Assembly (NCBI GenBank): GCA_963806855.1
Contig: CAWDYW010000001.1
Span: 864,001-928,000, forward strand
Direction: 5' to 3'
Length of the DNA: 64,000 bases
Source of the DNA: an uncultured Verrucomicrobiae bacterium
Lineage (GTDB): Bacteria > Chlamydiota > Chlamydiia > Chlamydiales > Rhabdochlamydiaceae
Shown here piece by piece: positions 50,575 to 59,466 of this stretch. The notes beneath the pieces are model-generated. The model ran no database searches, was not told the origin of the DNA, and was given only the letters and a program-made list of their open reading frames with translations. The position numbers and the translations under genes were made by a program. Within the stretch, counting starts at the first letter, position 1, and each line of letters opens with the position of its first letter.

Positions 50575-52699
50575 TCTGTAGTTGGGCCTGAATCTTTTCC
50601 TTCAGGCCAGTATGCCGCTTTTGGACTTCTTCGGTGCGCACAGCAATCGCAATGGCTTTCTTCGTCCCGACTAAGATCACCATTTTTTTACCCCGCGTAA
50701 TCCCCGTATAAAGCAAATTCCGATGCAGCAATTTAAAGTGGGTGGTGTGGACCGGGATGATGACGCAGGGACATTCGCTTCCCTGATACTTGTGGATCGA
50801 GACGGCATAAGCGAGTACCAACTCATCCAATTCACTGAAATCGTACTCCACGACCCGTCCATCAAATTCGACCGTTAGCTTTTGCTCGACCAAATCGATG
50901 TCCTTGATGAGCCCCACATCGCCATTAAACACCTCTTTCTGGTAGTCATTGCGGATCTGCATCACCTTGTCGCCCTTGTGGAACCGATTGCCCATCCTGA
51001 TCAGCGGCTCATTGCTTGGATTGAGCGCCTCTTGCATCACTGCATTGAGATTTTCGGTGCCGATCACCCCTCGTTTCATCGGGCAGAGGATCTGGATCCC
51101 TTCGAGCTTGTCAAATTGCTTCAGCTCCTTGGTCACCAGCCGCACCAGAATATTTTGGATCTCTTCTGGAGATTCCTCTTCAAAAAAGCGGAAGTCCTTT
51201 TCCCCTTCGAGCCAGGGGAATTCGCCTCGGTTGATTCGGTGGGCATTTGTAATGATGTGAGACCCTTTTGCTTGGCGGAAAATCTCGGTGAGCCGCACCA
51301 CCGGCACTGCACCCGAGTCGATGATATCGCGGAGCACGTTTCCTGGGCCAACGCTGGGGAGCTGATCGATATCGCCAACTAGAATCAGCCTGCATGTCGT
51401 GGGGATTGCCTTCAGAAGGCTGTACATCAGCTGCGTATCGACCATACTCGTCTCATCGACGATGATCAAGTCGCAATTGAGGGGATTATCCTTTCCTTTT
51501 TTAAAGCCGCCCGCGGTAAAGTCCATCTCCAAAAGTGCGTGGATCGTAAATGCTTTGCGGTGGCAGATTTCGCTCATCCGTTTGGCCGCACGCCCCGTAG
51601 GAGCTGCCAACAGAATCTTTTTCGATAGCTTTTCGCTGATGCGCAAAATGGCATTGGTGATCGTGCTCTTACCCGTACCAGGGCCGCCCGTCAAAATCAA
51701 AATCTTTTCATTAACCGCCCGGCTGACCCCTTCGACTTGCTGCTCGGCTAAATGGATCCTCAGCTGCTCCTGCACCCAGGCGAGCGCCTTCTCGGTATCG
51801 ACTTGTCTCAATGCACAAGGGGCATCTTGGATCCGCGCGAGTTCCCTTGCAATGCCGAGCTCGCAAAGATAGAGCGGTTTAATCCAGATTACACCCTCTT
51901 CTTCGGCCAAAATTTTCTGTTCGATCAAAGCGGCAATTTGCTCTTGCACCTTGTCCGGCTCCACCTCGAGCATCTTTTCGCAGACCCCGATCAGCTCCAC
52001 TTTGGGATAGCAGACGTGCCCATCGCCCGAAAGCTCCCACAAAACGTACTGAATCCCGCTCGCAATTCGTTGTGGAGCGTGCTTCGACACTCCCAAATCT
52101 TGGGCGATCTTGTCGGCACTCTTAAACCCGATTCCCCGAATCTCCTGAGCGATGCGGTAAGGGTTCTCGAGCATCTTCTCAATGCTCTCTTCTCCATAGG
52201 CTTTGAAAATTTTCTGAGCGAAAGAAGGGCTGACCCCATGGCCGCGCAAAAAGATCATGACCGAGCGGACCATCCGCTGTTCTTTCCAACACCGAATGAT
52301 TAGCTCAACCCGCTTTTCCCCAATCCCAGGGACAGAGAGGAGCTTTTCGGGTTTTGTTTCGATTATATTGAGGGTCTCGGCTCCAAATTTATCGACGATC
52401 CGCCCTGCATAAGCAGGACCGATCCCTTTGATCATTCCCGATTCTAAATAGCGCTGAATGCCAGCTGCGTCGGTCGGCGCCTGGGCTTCGAAAGATTGGA
52501 CTTCAAATTGCTGTCCGAATTTTGAGTGGAGCTTCCAGGTTCCTTTGCAGCGGATAGTCTCACCGACGTGGACCCCCGGCATGATCCCCACAATCGGGGT
52601 CACATCCTGCTTCTTGGGCTCCTTGATTTTGGCCACGACAAAGCCATTCTCCTCTTCAGAGAATAAAATTGAGTCGACATATCCAAAGATCTCTTCCAT
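50537..52699 (-). CDS. recD2: ATP-dependent RecD-like DNA helicase RecD2
   Basis: N-terminal IKGIGP/HhH extension, TGGPGTGKS, APTGRAAKR, DETSM, GD.DQLPSVG, AYA.SIHKYQGSE. Confidence 0.94.
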   Translation of the reverse strand: MEEIFGYVDSILFSEEENGFVVAKIKEPKKQDVTPIVGIMPGVHVGETIRCKGTWKLHSKFGQQFEVQSFEAQAPTDAAGIQRYLESGMIKGIGPAYAGRIVDKFGAETLNIIETKPEKLLSVPGIGEKRVELIIRCWKEQRMVRSVMIFLRGHGVSPSFAQKIFKAYGEESIEKMLENPYRIAQEIRGIGFKSADKIAQDLGVSKHAPQRIASGIQYVLWELSGDGHVCYPKVELIGVCEKMLEVEPDKVQEQIAALIEQKILAEEEGVIWIKPLYLCELGIARELARIQDAPCALRQVDTEKALAWVQEQLRIHLAEQQVEGVSRAVNEKILILTGGPGTGKSTITNAILRISEKLSKKILLAAPTGRAAKRMSEICHRKAFTIHALLEMDFTAGGFKKGKDNPLNCDLIIVDETSMVDTQLMYSLLKAIPTTCRLILVGDIDQLPSVGPGNVLRDIIDSGAVPVVRLTEIFRQAKGSHIITNAHRINRGEFPWLEGEKDFRFFEEESPEEIQNILVRLVTKELKQFDKLEGIQILCPMKRGVIGTENLNAVMQEALNPSNEPLIRMGNRFHKGDKVMQIRNDYQKEVFNGDVGLIKDIDLVEQKLTVEFDGRVVEYDFSELDELVLAYAVSIHKYQGSECPCVIIPVHTTHFKLLHRNLLYTGITRGKKMVILVGTKKAIAIAVRTEEVQKRHTGLKEKIQAQLQIKIPTLHLHQLH

Positions 52700-52886
52700 T
52701 TTAAGAAGCTTATCACTCCTTGAGCCGATTTTGCAAACAAATCTCTTTCTACGTGGAACGGACTAAGATACAGGAGGTTATGCGATATGAAAAAAATTGT
52801 CTAGCACAAGCATTTTCTTAACACTATATTAACAATAATATGTTATTATGCTTGCTCAAACTAACATTAAATTTAAGGGAAAATAT

Positions 52887-54704
52887 ATGTCTATACCACA
52901 AGATTATGAGAGAGTTGGAGCTGCATTTGGTCAAGGTTTTGCCAGTGCTGTAACTAAGTCATTTAACGATGGAAACATGGGCGATCAAATTGTCACAAGG
53001 ATTGCTCAAATAGCTGGTGGGCTATTTAATAATATTAATGCCAATGAGTTGGGAGAGCAGGTTGGTTCAAAATTCGCAGAATTCGCCAAGAGGACTATTC
53101 TAGGAACTGGCTGGAATAGTGCTGAAATGGGGTCTGGGGTTGGAACAGGAATCAATGATTTTCTTCGTCGTCTTGTTCAAGATACTAACATGAAGAGTAT
53201 TACTGGTGATTTTATCAAAGAGATAAGCGATGCCTTTAAGGAATCCATTACAAAAATGGATACGGCGGGCAACATGAAACACGTCGCCTCCGAGTTTGAT
53301 GCTGGTATGGGTGTTTTCCGTGAAAATTTATTTAAGCAAATTGATTTACTTAGAGCCGATTTCCAATCGATTTTTAGTAATGTGGCTCGTGATATCACTC
53401 TAAAGACACTCCCTTGGATCGCTTTAGGGGGAGCGATTTTGGTGGGAACGCCACTTCTCACAATGTATGTATATAAAAAGGCGGTTCATAATATCGGACG
53501 TCCACTACTTGCACAAGAGGTTCGTAAGGTAGGAGTGTGGGATCGGACTACCGATGGAGTTACCCGTACTGCCTCAAGTATCTGGAATTCTACTAAAACA
53601 GGGATGAAATGGAGCGCGTTAGTAGGAACCTCAGGACTCGTCCTTTCCTTGGCGGGAGCGATCACTTCTCAAATTATGAGCGGGGATCCTGGATATGGTG
53701 CTCGTGTAATAGAAGGTATTGCCTGTGCTATCGATAGAAATTACTGGTGTAACCCTGCTCCTGCTCTTCCACTGATTGCAGCGACGATTGCCTCAGGGGT
53801 ATTTCCCGCGACCATTAATCTGGCCAAAGATTTATATGGTTTTGTTAAAAAATCGATGAAGGTAGATCCACAACCGGTCTTTAGTGCTGAATTACAAAAA
53901 AGAATTGATGATTTGACCAAAGCCACCTACAACATCAAGCAAAACGGTGGCTATATGCAAAATTTATTATTGGAAGGTCCTGGAGGTATAGGCAAAACAA
54001 TGATTTCTAAGTATATTGCCAGAAACTCAAGCCTGAATTACGTGATGATGTCAGGCGGTGATCTCGCTCAATTTATTAAACGAGGCGAGCACGTCACAGA
54101 AGTGAATAGACTTTTTGCAGATGCAAAAAGTTCTTATTATCCAACGATTGTATTCATCGATGAATGCGAATCCTTGTGCGGCGATCGTAGTAAGAATGAT
54201 AGGACAGAATTGACAGAGTTAATCAATGCTTTTCTCAACCATACAGGTGAACCAAGCAAGCAAGTGATGATCATTTTAGCGACTAATAGAAAAGATGATC
54301 TTGATCCTGCTGTCCTCGATAGAATGGACCATAAACTCCACATAGATTTACCTGAAGAGCCGGAGCGTAAAAAAATTATCGAACTTCATTTGCCAACATT
54401 TATGACTCCAGCAGAACGCAGTGAATTGTTTACTGATAGAGTGATCAGCAGCATTGCACAGCAGACAGAAGGATTCAGTGGACGCGCAATTTTTAAAATG
54501 CTCAATACCATGTCAAGTAAGCGTGCAGCTACTAAGGACAATAGACTCACAGAACAAATGGTTATGGATACAGTCACCGACCTTGTTAAACAAGAGCGAC
54601 CTGCTCCTGATATTCCTAAGCTTCCCGAGTCTACTCTAAGTCAGCTGATGTCATGTAGCTTTTTACCATGGATTTATCGTAAAATTGTACCGTTATCCGC
54701 ATAA
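52887..54704 (+). CDS. Membrane-anchored AAA+ ATPase, ATAD3-like
   Basis: GPGGIGKT, MSGGD, FIDECES, NAFL..TG, LATNR...LD.A..DR, GFSGR; TM segments upstream. Confidence 0.85.
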   Translation: MSIPQDYERVGAAFGQGFASAVTKSFNDGNMGDQIVTRIAQIAGGLFNNINANELGEQVGSKFAEFAKRTILGTGWNSAEMGSGVGTGINDFLRRLVQDTNMKSITGDFIKEISDAFKESITKMDTAGNMKHVASEFDAGMGVFRENLFKQIDLLRADFQSIFSNVARDITLKTLPWIALGGAILVGTPLLTMYVYKKAVHNIGRPLLAQEVRKVGVWDRTTDGVTRTASSIWNSTKTGMKWSALVGTSGLVLSLAGAITSQIMSGDPGYGARVIEGIACAIDRNYWCNPAPALPLIAATIASGVFPATINLAKDLYGFVKKSMKVDPQPVFSAELQKRIDDLTKATYNIKQNGGYMQNLLLEGPGGIGKTMISKYIARNSSLNYVMMSGGDLAQFIKRGEHVTEVNRLFADAKSSYYPTIVFIDECESLCGDRSKNDRTELTELINAFLNHTGEPSKQVMIILATNRKDDLDPAVLDRMDHKLHIDLPEEPERKKIIELHLPTFMTPAERSELFTDRVISSIAQQTEGFSGRAIFKMLNTMSSKRAATKDNRLTEQMVMDTVTDLVKQERPAPDIPKLPESTLSQLMSCSFLPWIYRKIVPLSA

Positions 54705-56240
54705 TAAGGGCTTTAAGCCCCTTGAGACTTGAGCGATTTTAGCAGAGCCCTCTTTCAGCTTACCATCGACAGTATAGGCGCCGAAAGCTTGGGGTCTCAT
54801 CCCCATGTCCCATTCAAAGTTATCGCTCATCGACCATTTGTAATAGCCGCGAAGATTCTCTTTGCCGATGATCTCTTGGGCCTTCTGCGCTGCATAGCGA
54901 GCGCGAGACAGGTAACGGGCCCTTTGAACAGGATCGTGCGTCGAAATTCCATTCTCAGTGACAATGACAGGCGCTTTATAGGCTTTATAGGTCTCCAGGA
55001 TCGCCTCATACAAACCTTCAGGATCCTCGCAGAAGGGCATCTGTGTCATCGGCGCATGCTCAGATGTGGGTCCCAACAATCCCAACCTTGGCCTGGAGTA
55101 ATACTGCACACCGACAAAGTCAGTTTTCGGAGCGGGCATATTCTCATCGGTCACATTGACAAAAGGCATTTTGAATTCAAATTTGCCTGTGGAGAAGTAA
55201 TTGAAAGCTACCTCATTCATCAACCGATTCAAATAGCGGGTAACAGGATAGATAAGCGGATTGGTATGAATAAATTTCACATACTGGTGGACGATCCCGA
55301 TTTGGACGCTCTGTGGCGCTATCTTTTTCAACCTTTCGTAGGCCAAAGAATGTGCTTTGAAGGCCCCTTTTAAGAAATTGGCCGCCCGAGTGAAATTCAT
55401 GAAAACACCCGGAGAGAACGCTCCTCGAATAAAGCGAGAGAAGGCTTCCACAGCTGGTTCGTTGATCGTACAGAAATGCTCTACGAGAGGCTTACCCCGA
55501 TACTTTTGCGTAAGAGCCGGCATCGCTTTCTCGGCAAAGCGGATAAACGCTTCGATGTTCGCCTCATTTTCAAAGCTCCCTTTTTCATGGAACCAAACTG
55601 GTTCAGAAAAATGGTGCAGAGTGACCATCGGGGTGATGCCGCGGTCCCGTAAGTTCTTGCACAAATTGACATAGATTTGGAGATTGACCTCATTCCATTG
55701 CCCCTCTTGAGGCTCAATGTGGCTCCATTCGATCGAAAAGCGGTACGAATTGACCCCGAGCTCTTGGAGCCGATCGATCAGCAGATCGCGTCCTGCTTTG
55801 GTCTTATATAGCTCAAAAAAGTTGGCGCTACTTCCTGAGCGATTTTCTTCCGGCACCACTTTCTCTTCCCAATTGGCCCATTGCGAATCGGGGCAATGGA
55901 CTGAGCCTGAGTCTTGATACGTGCAAGTAGCCGCCCCATCCTGAAAAGTCATATCACCTTGCCCAAGGGTGAGATCTAGATCGCCCAATTTCTCCCATAG
56001 CCTTGCATCCTTCAATATAGAGGTAAAGTCCTCTCTCGGATCGGGCAATGTCGATGCAAAACTCGCAAGATAGGCCAAAATTTTATTGACCAACTGGAGA
56101 CAGCTGAGGGCGAGTCCCACCGGGATTTCGACCAAAAGGGGCAGAATATGAACGACATTCCAACCCTCAGGTGAAGGAGTGAGCCGGTCTTCGATATCGG
56201 CCCAAACTAGATCATGGAAATTTGAAAAAGTGGTAATCAT
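54693..56240 (-). CDS. Glycoside hydrolase family 1 (beta-glucosidase-like)
   Basis: YRFSIEWS.IEP, TLHHF, TINEP (acid/base), VTENG (nucleophile), DNFEW. Confidence 0.92.
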   Translation of the reverse strand: MITTFSNFHDLVWADIEDRLTPSPEGWNVVHILPLLVEIPVGLALSCLQLVNKILAYLASFASTLPDPREDFTSILKDARLWEKLGDLDLTLGQGDMTFQDGAATCTYQDSGSVHCPDSQWANWEEKVVPEENRSGSSANFFELYKTKAGRDLLIDRLQELGVNSYRFSIEWSHIEPQEGQWNEVNLQIYVNLCKNLRDRGITPMVTLHHFSEPVWFHEKGSFENEANIEAFIRFAEKAMPALTQKYRGKPLVEHFCTINEPAVEAFSRFIRGAFSPGVFMNFTRAANFLKGAFKAHSLAYERLKKIAPQSVQIGIVHQYVKFIHTNPLIYPVTRYLNRLMNEVAFNYFSTGKFEFKMPFVNVTDENMPAPKTDFVGVQYYSRPRLGLLGPTSEHAPMTQMPFCEDPEGLYEAILETYKAYKAPVIVTENGISTHDPVQRARYLSRARYAAQKAQEIIGKENLRGYYKWSMSDNFEWDMGMRPQAFGAYTVDGKLKEGSAKIAQVSRGLKPLLCG

Positions 56241-56264
56241 GGGAAAATGTTACCACAATCGGGA

Positions 56265-56723
56265 TTAAATTTGATCCGGACCGATAACCCAGCGGATGAT
56301 CCAATTGCCATCGATCGCTTCAAGACAAACGACCGTACCGCCCTGGAAGTTGACCAAAAGTTGATCCTCATCGCCGATGACCAAAGTGCCTATCAGCTTA
56401 TTCATGAAGGGGAGATGGCCGACGATCATGATATCTTCATCTTCGGCCTCCACCAACGTGGCGATCGCATCGATCCGGTCATTTGGATTGAGGTTGCGAT
56501 GCTCTTCCAGCTTGGCATCTGGGGCGAGGTAGTCACCAAAGATCTCGGCCGTCTGCTTGGCTCTTAGCTTTTGGCTATACAGGATTCTGGAGAGGGGAAA
56601 GCTCCGTTTAGCAAGCAGCCTGGCGATTTTTTCGACATTCTCGAATCCCTGCGGGCTCAAAGGGTGCTCTGGGTTAATTTCCGCTGGAAGAGAATCTCCA
56701 TGCCTGACTAAATAAATTTTCAT
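56265..56723 (-). CDS. sixA: Phosphohistidine phosphatase SixA
   Basis: IYLVRHG, S...RA.QTA, IVGHLP. Confidence 0.88.
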   Translation of the reverse strand: MKIYLVRHGDSLPAEINPEHPLSPQGFENVEKIARLLAKRSFPLSRILYSQKLRAKQTAEIFGDYLAPDAKLEEHRNLNPNDRIDAIATLVEAEDEDIMIVGHLPFMNKLIGTLVIGDEDQLLVNFQGGTVVCLEAIDGNWIIRWVIGPDQI

Positions 56724-56776
56724 AATGACTCCTCCCTTTACTTTTAAACCACCATTTGCCTAAAATATCAACATAT

Positions 56777-56848
56777 TCCGGATTAGCTCAGCGGTAGAGC
56801 AGCGGACTGTTAATCCGTTGGTCGCTAGTTCGAATCTAGCATCCGGAG
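56777..56848 (+). tRNA. tRNA-Asn(GTT)
   Basis: TCCGGAT/ATCCGGA acceptor stem, TAGCTCAG D-arm, CTGTTAA anticodon loop, GTTCGAATC T-loop; CCA not encoded. Confidence 0.96.
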
Positions 56849-56858
56849 ATTTGCCTAG

Positions 56859-56897
56859 AAGCACTTAGGACTAAAATCCTAAGTGCTTTTTGTTTTT
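56859..56897 (+). terminator. Rho-independent terminator after tRNA-Asn
   Basis: aagcacttagga-N6-tcctaagtgctt followed by T tract. Confidence 0.8.
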
Positions 56898-57108
56898 ACA
56901 TCCGTAAAATGCCGCACTTCCGCTGCAACCACTAAGTGATCTACGCGATTCTTCAATGTAACACCGTGTTACATTGCTAAATCTTCCTTCTCGAGTCGGC
57001 CCATGCCAAACGCTCCGTCCTGCGCACGCCCTCAACGTTACATTACAGCCTTGAAATCAATTAAGGGGGTTGATAGATTTTCTTTAATTCTTACCTCATA
57101 GGTATATT

Positions 57109-57450
57109 ATGAATGTCTGCAATGTCTGCATGTATCATGGCCCGGGTTGCTTTAATAGTGATTGCCATCGCACGTCCCCAGCTGCGTATTTGGAACTGTG
57201 TAAAAAAATAAGAATTGCACCATCTCATACAGAAAACAAACCATCAACCGAACTCGGCGAGAGAAAATGGAAAAAACTGGACTGTATTGACCGTATTACT
57301 GTTGTCTGCATCGTAGTGTGTGTGGCTGCTGTGATTGCTGGGGTTGTCCTCCAACTTTTCTTAGATCCGACAATATGCACAGGCTTGGTCATTGGTGGCT
57401 TTCTCGGGCTTGCACTTGTACGCGCATATCACACTTATTTGCGGCGCTAG
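57109..57450 (+). CDS. Small Cys/His-rich protein with C-terminal bilobed hydrophobic domain (Inc-like), paralogue 1
   Basis: TTGAAA-N17-TAGATT promoter; similar to 58430-58786. Confidence 0.75.
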   Translation: MNVCNVCMYHGPGCFNSDCHRTSPAAYLELCKKIRIAPSHTENKPSTELGERKWKKLDCIDRITVVCIVVCVAAVIAGVVLQLFLDPTICTGLVIGGFLGLALVRAYHTYLRR

Positions 57451-57610
57451 CTCCTGAAGCTTCTTTCGGATCAACGACCTAGCAAACACAACACCTTTCA
57501 CGCCTCCAAGTCAACCCTCGCCAAACGAAATGTCCAACCGTTGGACATTTGTCGCAGATTAGAGTCAAAAGCAGTGGGATAGGTCGAACAAATGTAATGC
57601 GGTGTTACAT

Positions 57611-57922
57611 CTAGACCCTGCCGGTTACAATAACCAATCTTCCCGCCTCTAGAGATGCCTTGCCAGTATGTTCGTTTATTCCTGTTTGAACCCTCTCATA
57701 CAATTCAGTCATCTTTACTCTATTATCTGGTGTATTAGCATCAATCCCGTCGATCTGTACAGAATTGAGCAATTTTGAAGGAGTTGATCCAACTTGCCCG
57801 TCAGCCAATATCATTGAGCTAATGTATGAGCCAGAAATGTACGCCGTTCCTTGTATGGCATCGCTGTCACAAAGCCGGAGTGTAATTTGATGGCTTGCTG
57901 TAGGGAAAGATATAAAACTCAT
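57611..57922 (-). CDS. Hypothetical protein
   Basis: 103 aa, GGAGG RBS, AT-rich upstream region. Confidence 0.65.
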   Translation of the reverse strand: MSFISFPTASHQITLRLCDSDAIQGTAYISGSYISSMILADGQVGSTPSKLLNSVQIDGIDANTPDNRVKMTELYERVQTGINEHTGKASLEAGRLVIVTGRV

Positions 57923-58149
57923 TTAAGCCTCCTGGGGTTTTGTAAATTTAATAAATTTTATTGAATTCATCAAAAAAATAACAGCAAATTATTCGTTCCC
58001 ACTGCTGGATATACTCCGGAACATTTTTGTCAAAATCACATCGACGGCAAAACTTAGGAGCGACAAAATTTTCACAAAATAGGAAGTCCTCAGAATAGAA
58101 GGAATCGATCGGCGTGAGCGTTGTAATGCCTCATTACATTGCCCCTTGA

Positions 58150-58275
58150 ATTTTCTTATGGATTAACGATCGGGCAAACTCGAAACCTTTGAGTCTCACA
58201 AAGTCATTCCAATCGCTCGGGTCTTTAGAGGTCGTGCAATCGACAAATTCAGGCTCAACCACGTAAACCACTCGC
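58150..58275 (-). pseudogene. TOPRIM primase 3' remnant (copy 2)
   Basis: Translates VYVVEPEF...KDPSDWNDFVRLKG; similar to 58810-58930. Confidence 0.65.
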
Positions 58276-58429
58276 CAACAACTTGAATCGATTCAAGAGC
58301 CTTTGAAAGGCTTTGTTGATCACCCACATGCAACCACCAACTGATCTACGCGATTCTTCAATGTTACGCCCTTGAATTTAATTAAATAGGTTGATAAATT
58401 TTCTTTAATTCTTATCTCAAGGACACAAT

Positions 58430-58786
58430 ATGTCTTACTGCCTTGTTCATGGTTCTGGTTGCAATATGCCAACGTTTTGCAATTACCTTCTATTCAATTC
58501 GCACAAGAACAGACCTCAGGATTCTGGCCAAAGAAGAATTGCGCCGTCTTATGCAGAAAGTAAGCCAACAACCGCGATCAGCGAGAGAAAATGGAAAAAC
58601 CTGAGCAATTGGGAAAAACGGGACTATATTGCTACTGGCTGCCAATTAATTTGTACGGCTGCTGTGCTTGCTGCATGCGTCCTCCGATTTTTCTTGGAAC
58701 CACCCATAATCATAGGTTTATTTATTGGCGGCGTTCTCGGGGCTGTATTTTTAACCGCATATCGCATTTATAACGACCGGAGTTAA
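58430..58786 (+). CDS. Small Cys/His-rich protein with C-terminal bilobed hydrophobic domain (Inc-like), paralogue 2
   Basis: RIAPS..E.KP.T...ERKWK.L shared with 57109 ORF; TTGAAT-N17-TAAATT promoter. Confidence 0.75.
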   Translation: MSYCLVHGSGCNMPTFCNYLLFNSHKNRPQDSGQRRIAPSYAESKPTTAISERKWKNLSNWEKRDYIATGCQLICTAAVLAACVLRFFLEPPIIIGLFIGGVLGAVFLTAYRIYNDRS

Positions 58787-59166
58787 TTGAGGGGCTGCGC
58801 TCGCTCCCGAAGTTTCTTTCGGATTAACGACCTGGTGAACTCAACGCCTTTGAGCCTCACCAGATCATTCCAATCGCTAGTGTCTTTAGATGGCTTAAAA
58901 CCGACGAATTCTGGCTCAACCATGTAAACCCCCCGTCACCCGCGAGCCGAATTGATTCTAAGGCCATTTTAAGTCCTTTGTTGGGCAATCCCGTTCTTTA
59001 AGGTGTCGATCGTTGTCGGCAAATAGAATGATCGGGCTTTTTGGGCGCAGCTCACCACGGATGATCTTCGCCACATCCGGCAAGTTGTCCGACGAAAATG
59101 CGCAGACTGTCGGGATCCCGCTCAACTCGATACAGGTCCCAGCGGTGACATAACTCTCGGCGATGC
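58783..59166 (-). pseudogene. Frameshifted TOPRIM-domain primase (TraC/P4-type) fragment
   Basis: IAESYVTA...VCAFSSDNL..VA...IILFADND, then after frameshifts VEPEF...SDWNDL. Confidence 0.75.
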
Positions 59167-59344
59167 CAATCGACCTTCTTCCATTTTCCATTTCGCTGAT
59201 ATGACGCTGACTAACTCCGATAGCTTCGGCCAAATCTTTCTGAGTGACCTCTTCTTTAAATCGAGCTCCTTGTGATCTGCGGCCTTTTCGAGAGGTTGTG
59301 ATAGGATGCTTTCTATCAGGGCTAGCACCTTCTCTAGCGCTCAT
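59167..59344 (-). pseudogene. XRE-family HTH fragment fused to the primase remnant
   Basis: GARFKEEVTQKDLAEAIGVSQRHISEMENGRRSIG. Confidence 0.65.
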
Positions 59345-59466
59345 TCTACTCTTTCTGTTTCGTAGCTATCATGATCTTTCTATGAAATAATTAAAATAAA
59401 TTAGCCAATTTAATTTAATATCAATTTTCAGTATAATTGCATTTAATTAAAAAATTGATTTTTAAA

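Noticed and set aside
4333..56567. Many 60-230 aa antisense or overlapping ORFs in the track (e.g. 5255-5860, 25192-25866, 30201-30884, 54729-55373)
   Set aside because: Shadow ORFs of well-supported genes; no motifs or RBS
56920..59170. CRISPR array or integron cassette array
   Set aside because: Repeats are not regularly spaced, there are no unique spacers of constant length, no cas or intI gene, and no attC RYYYAAC/GTTRRRY ends
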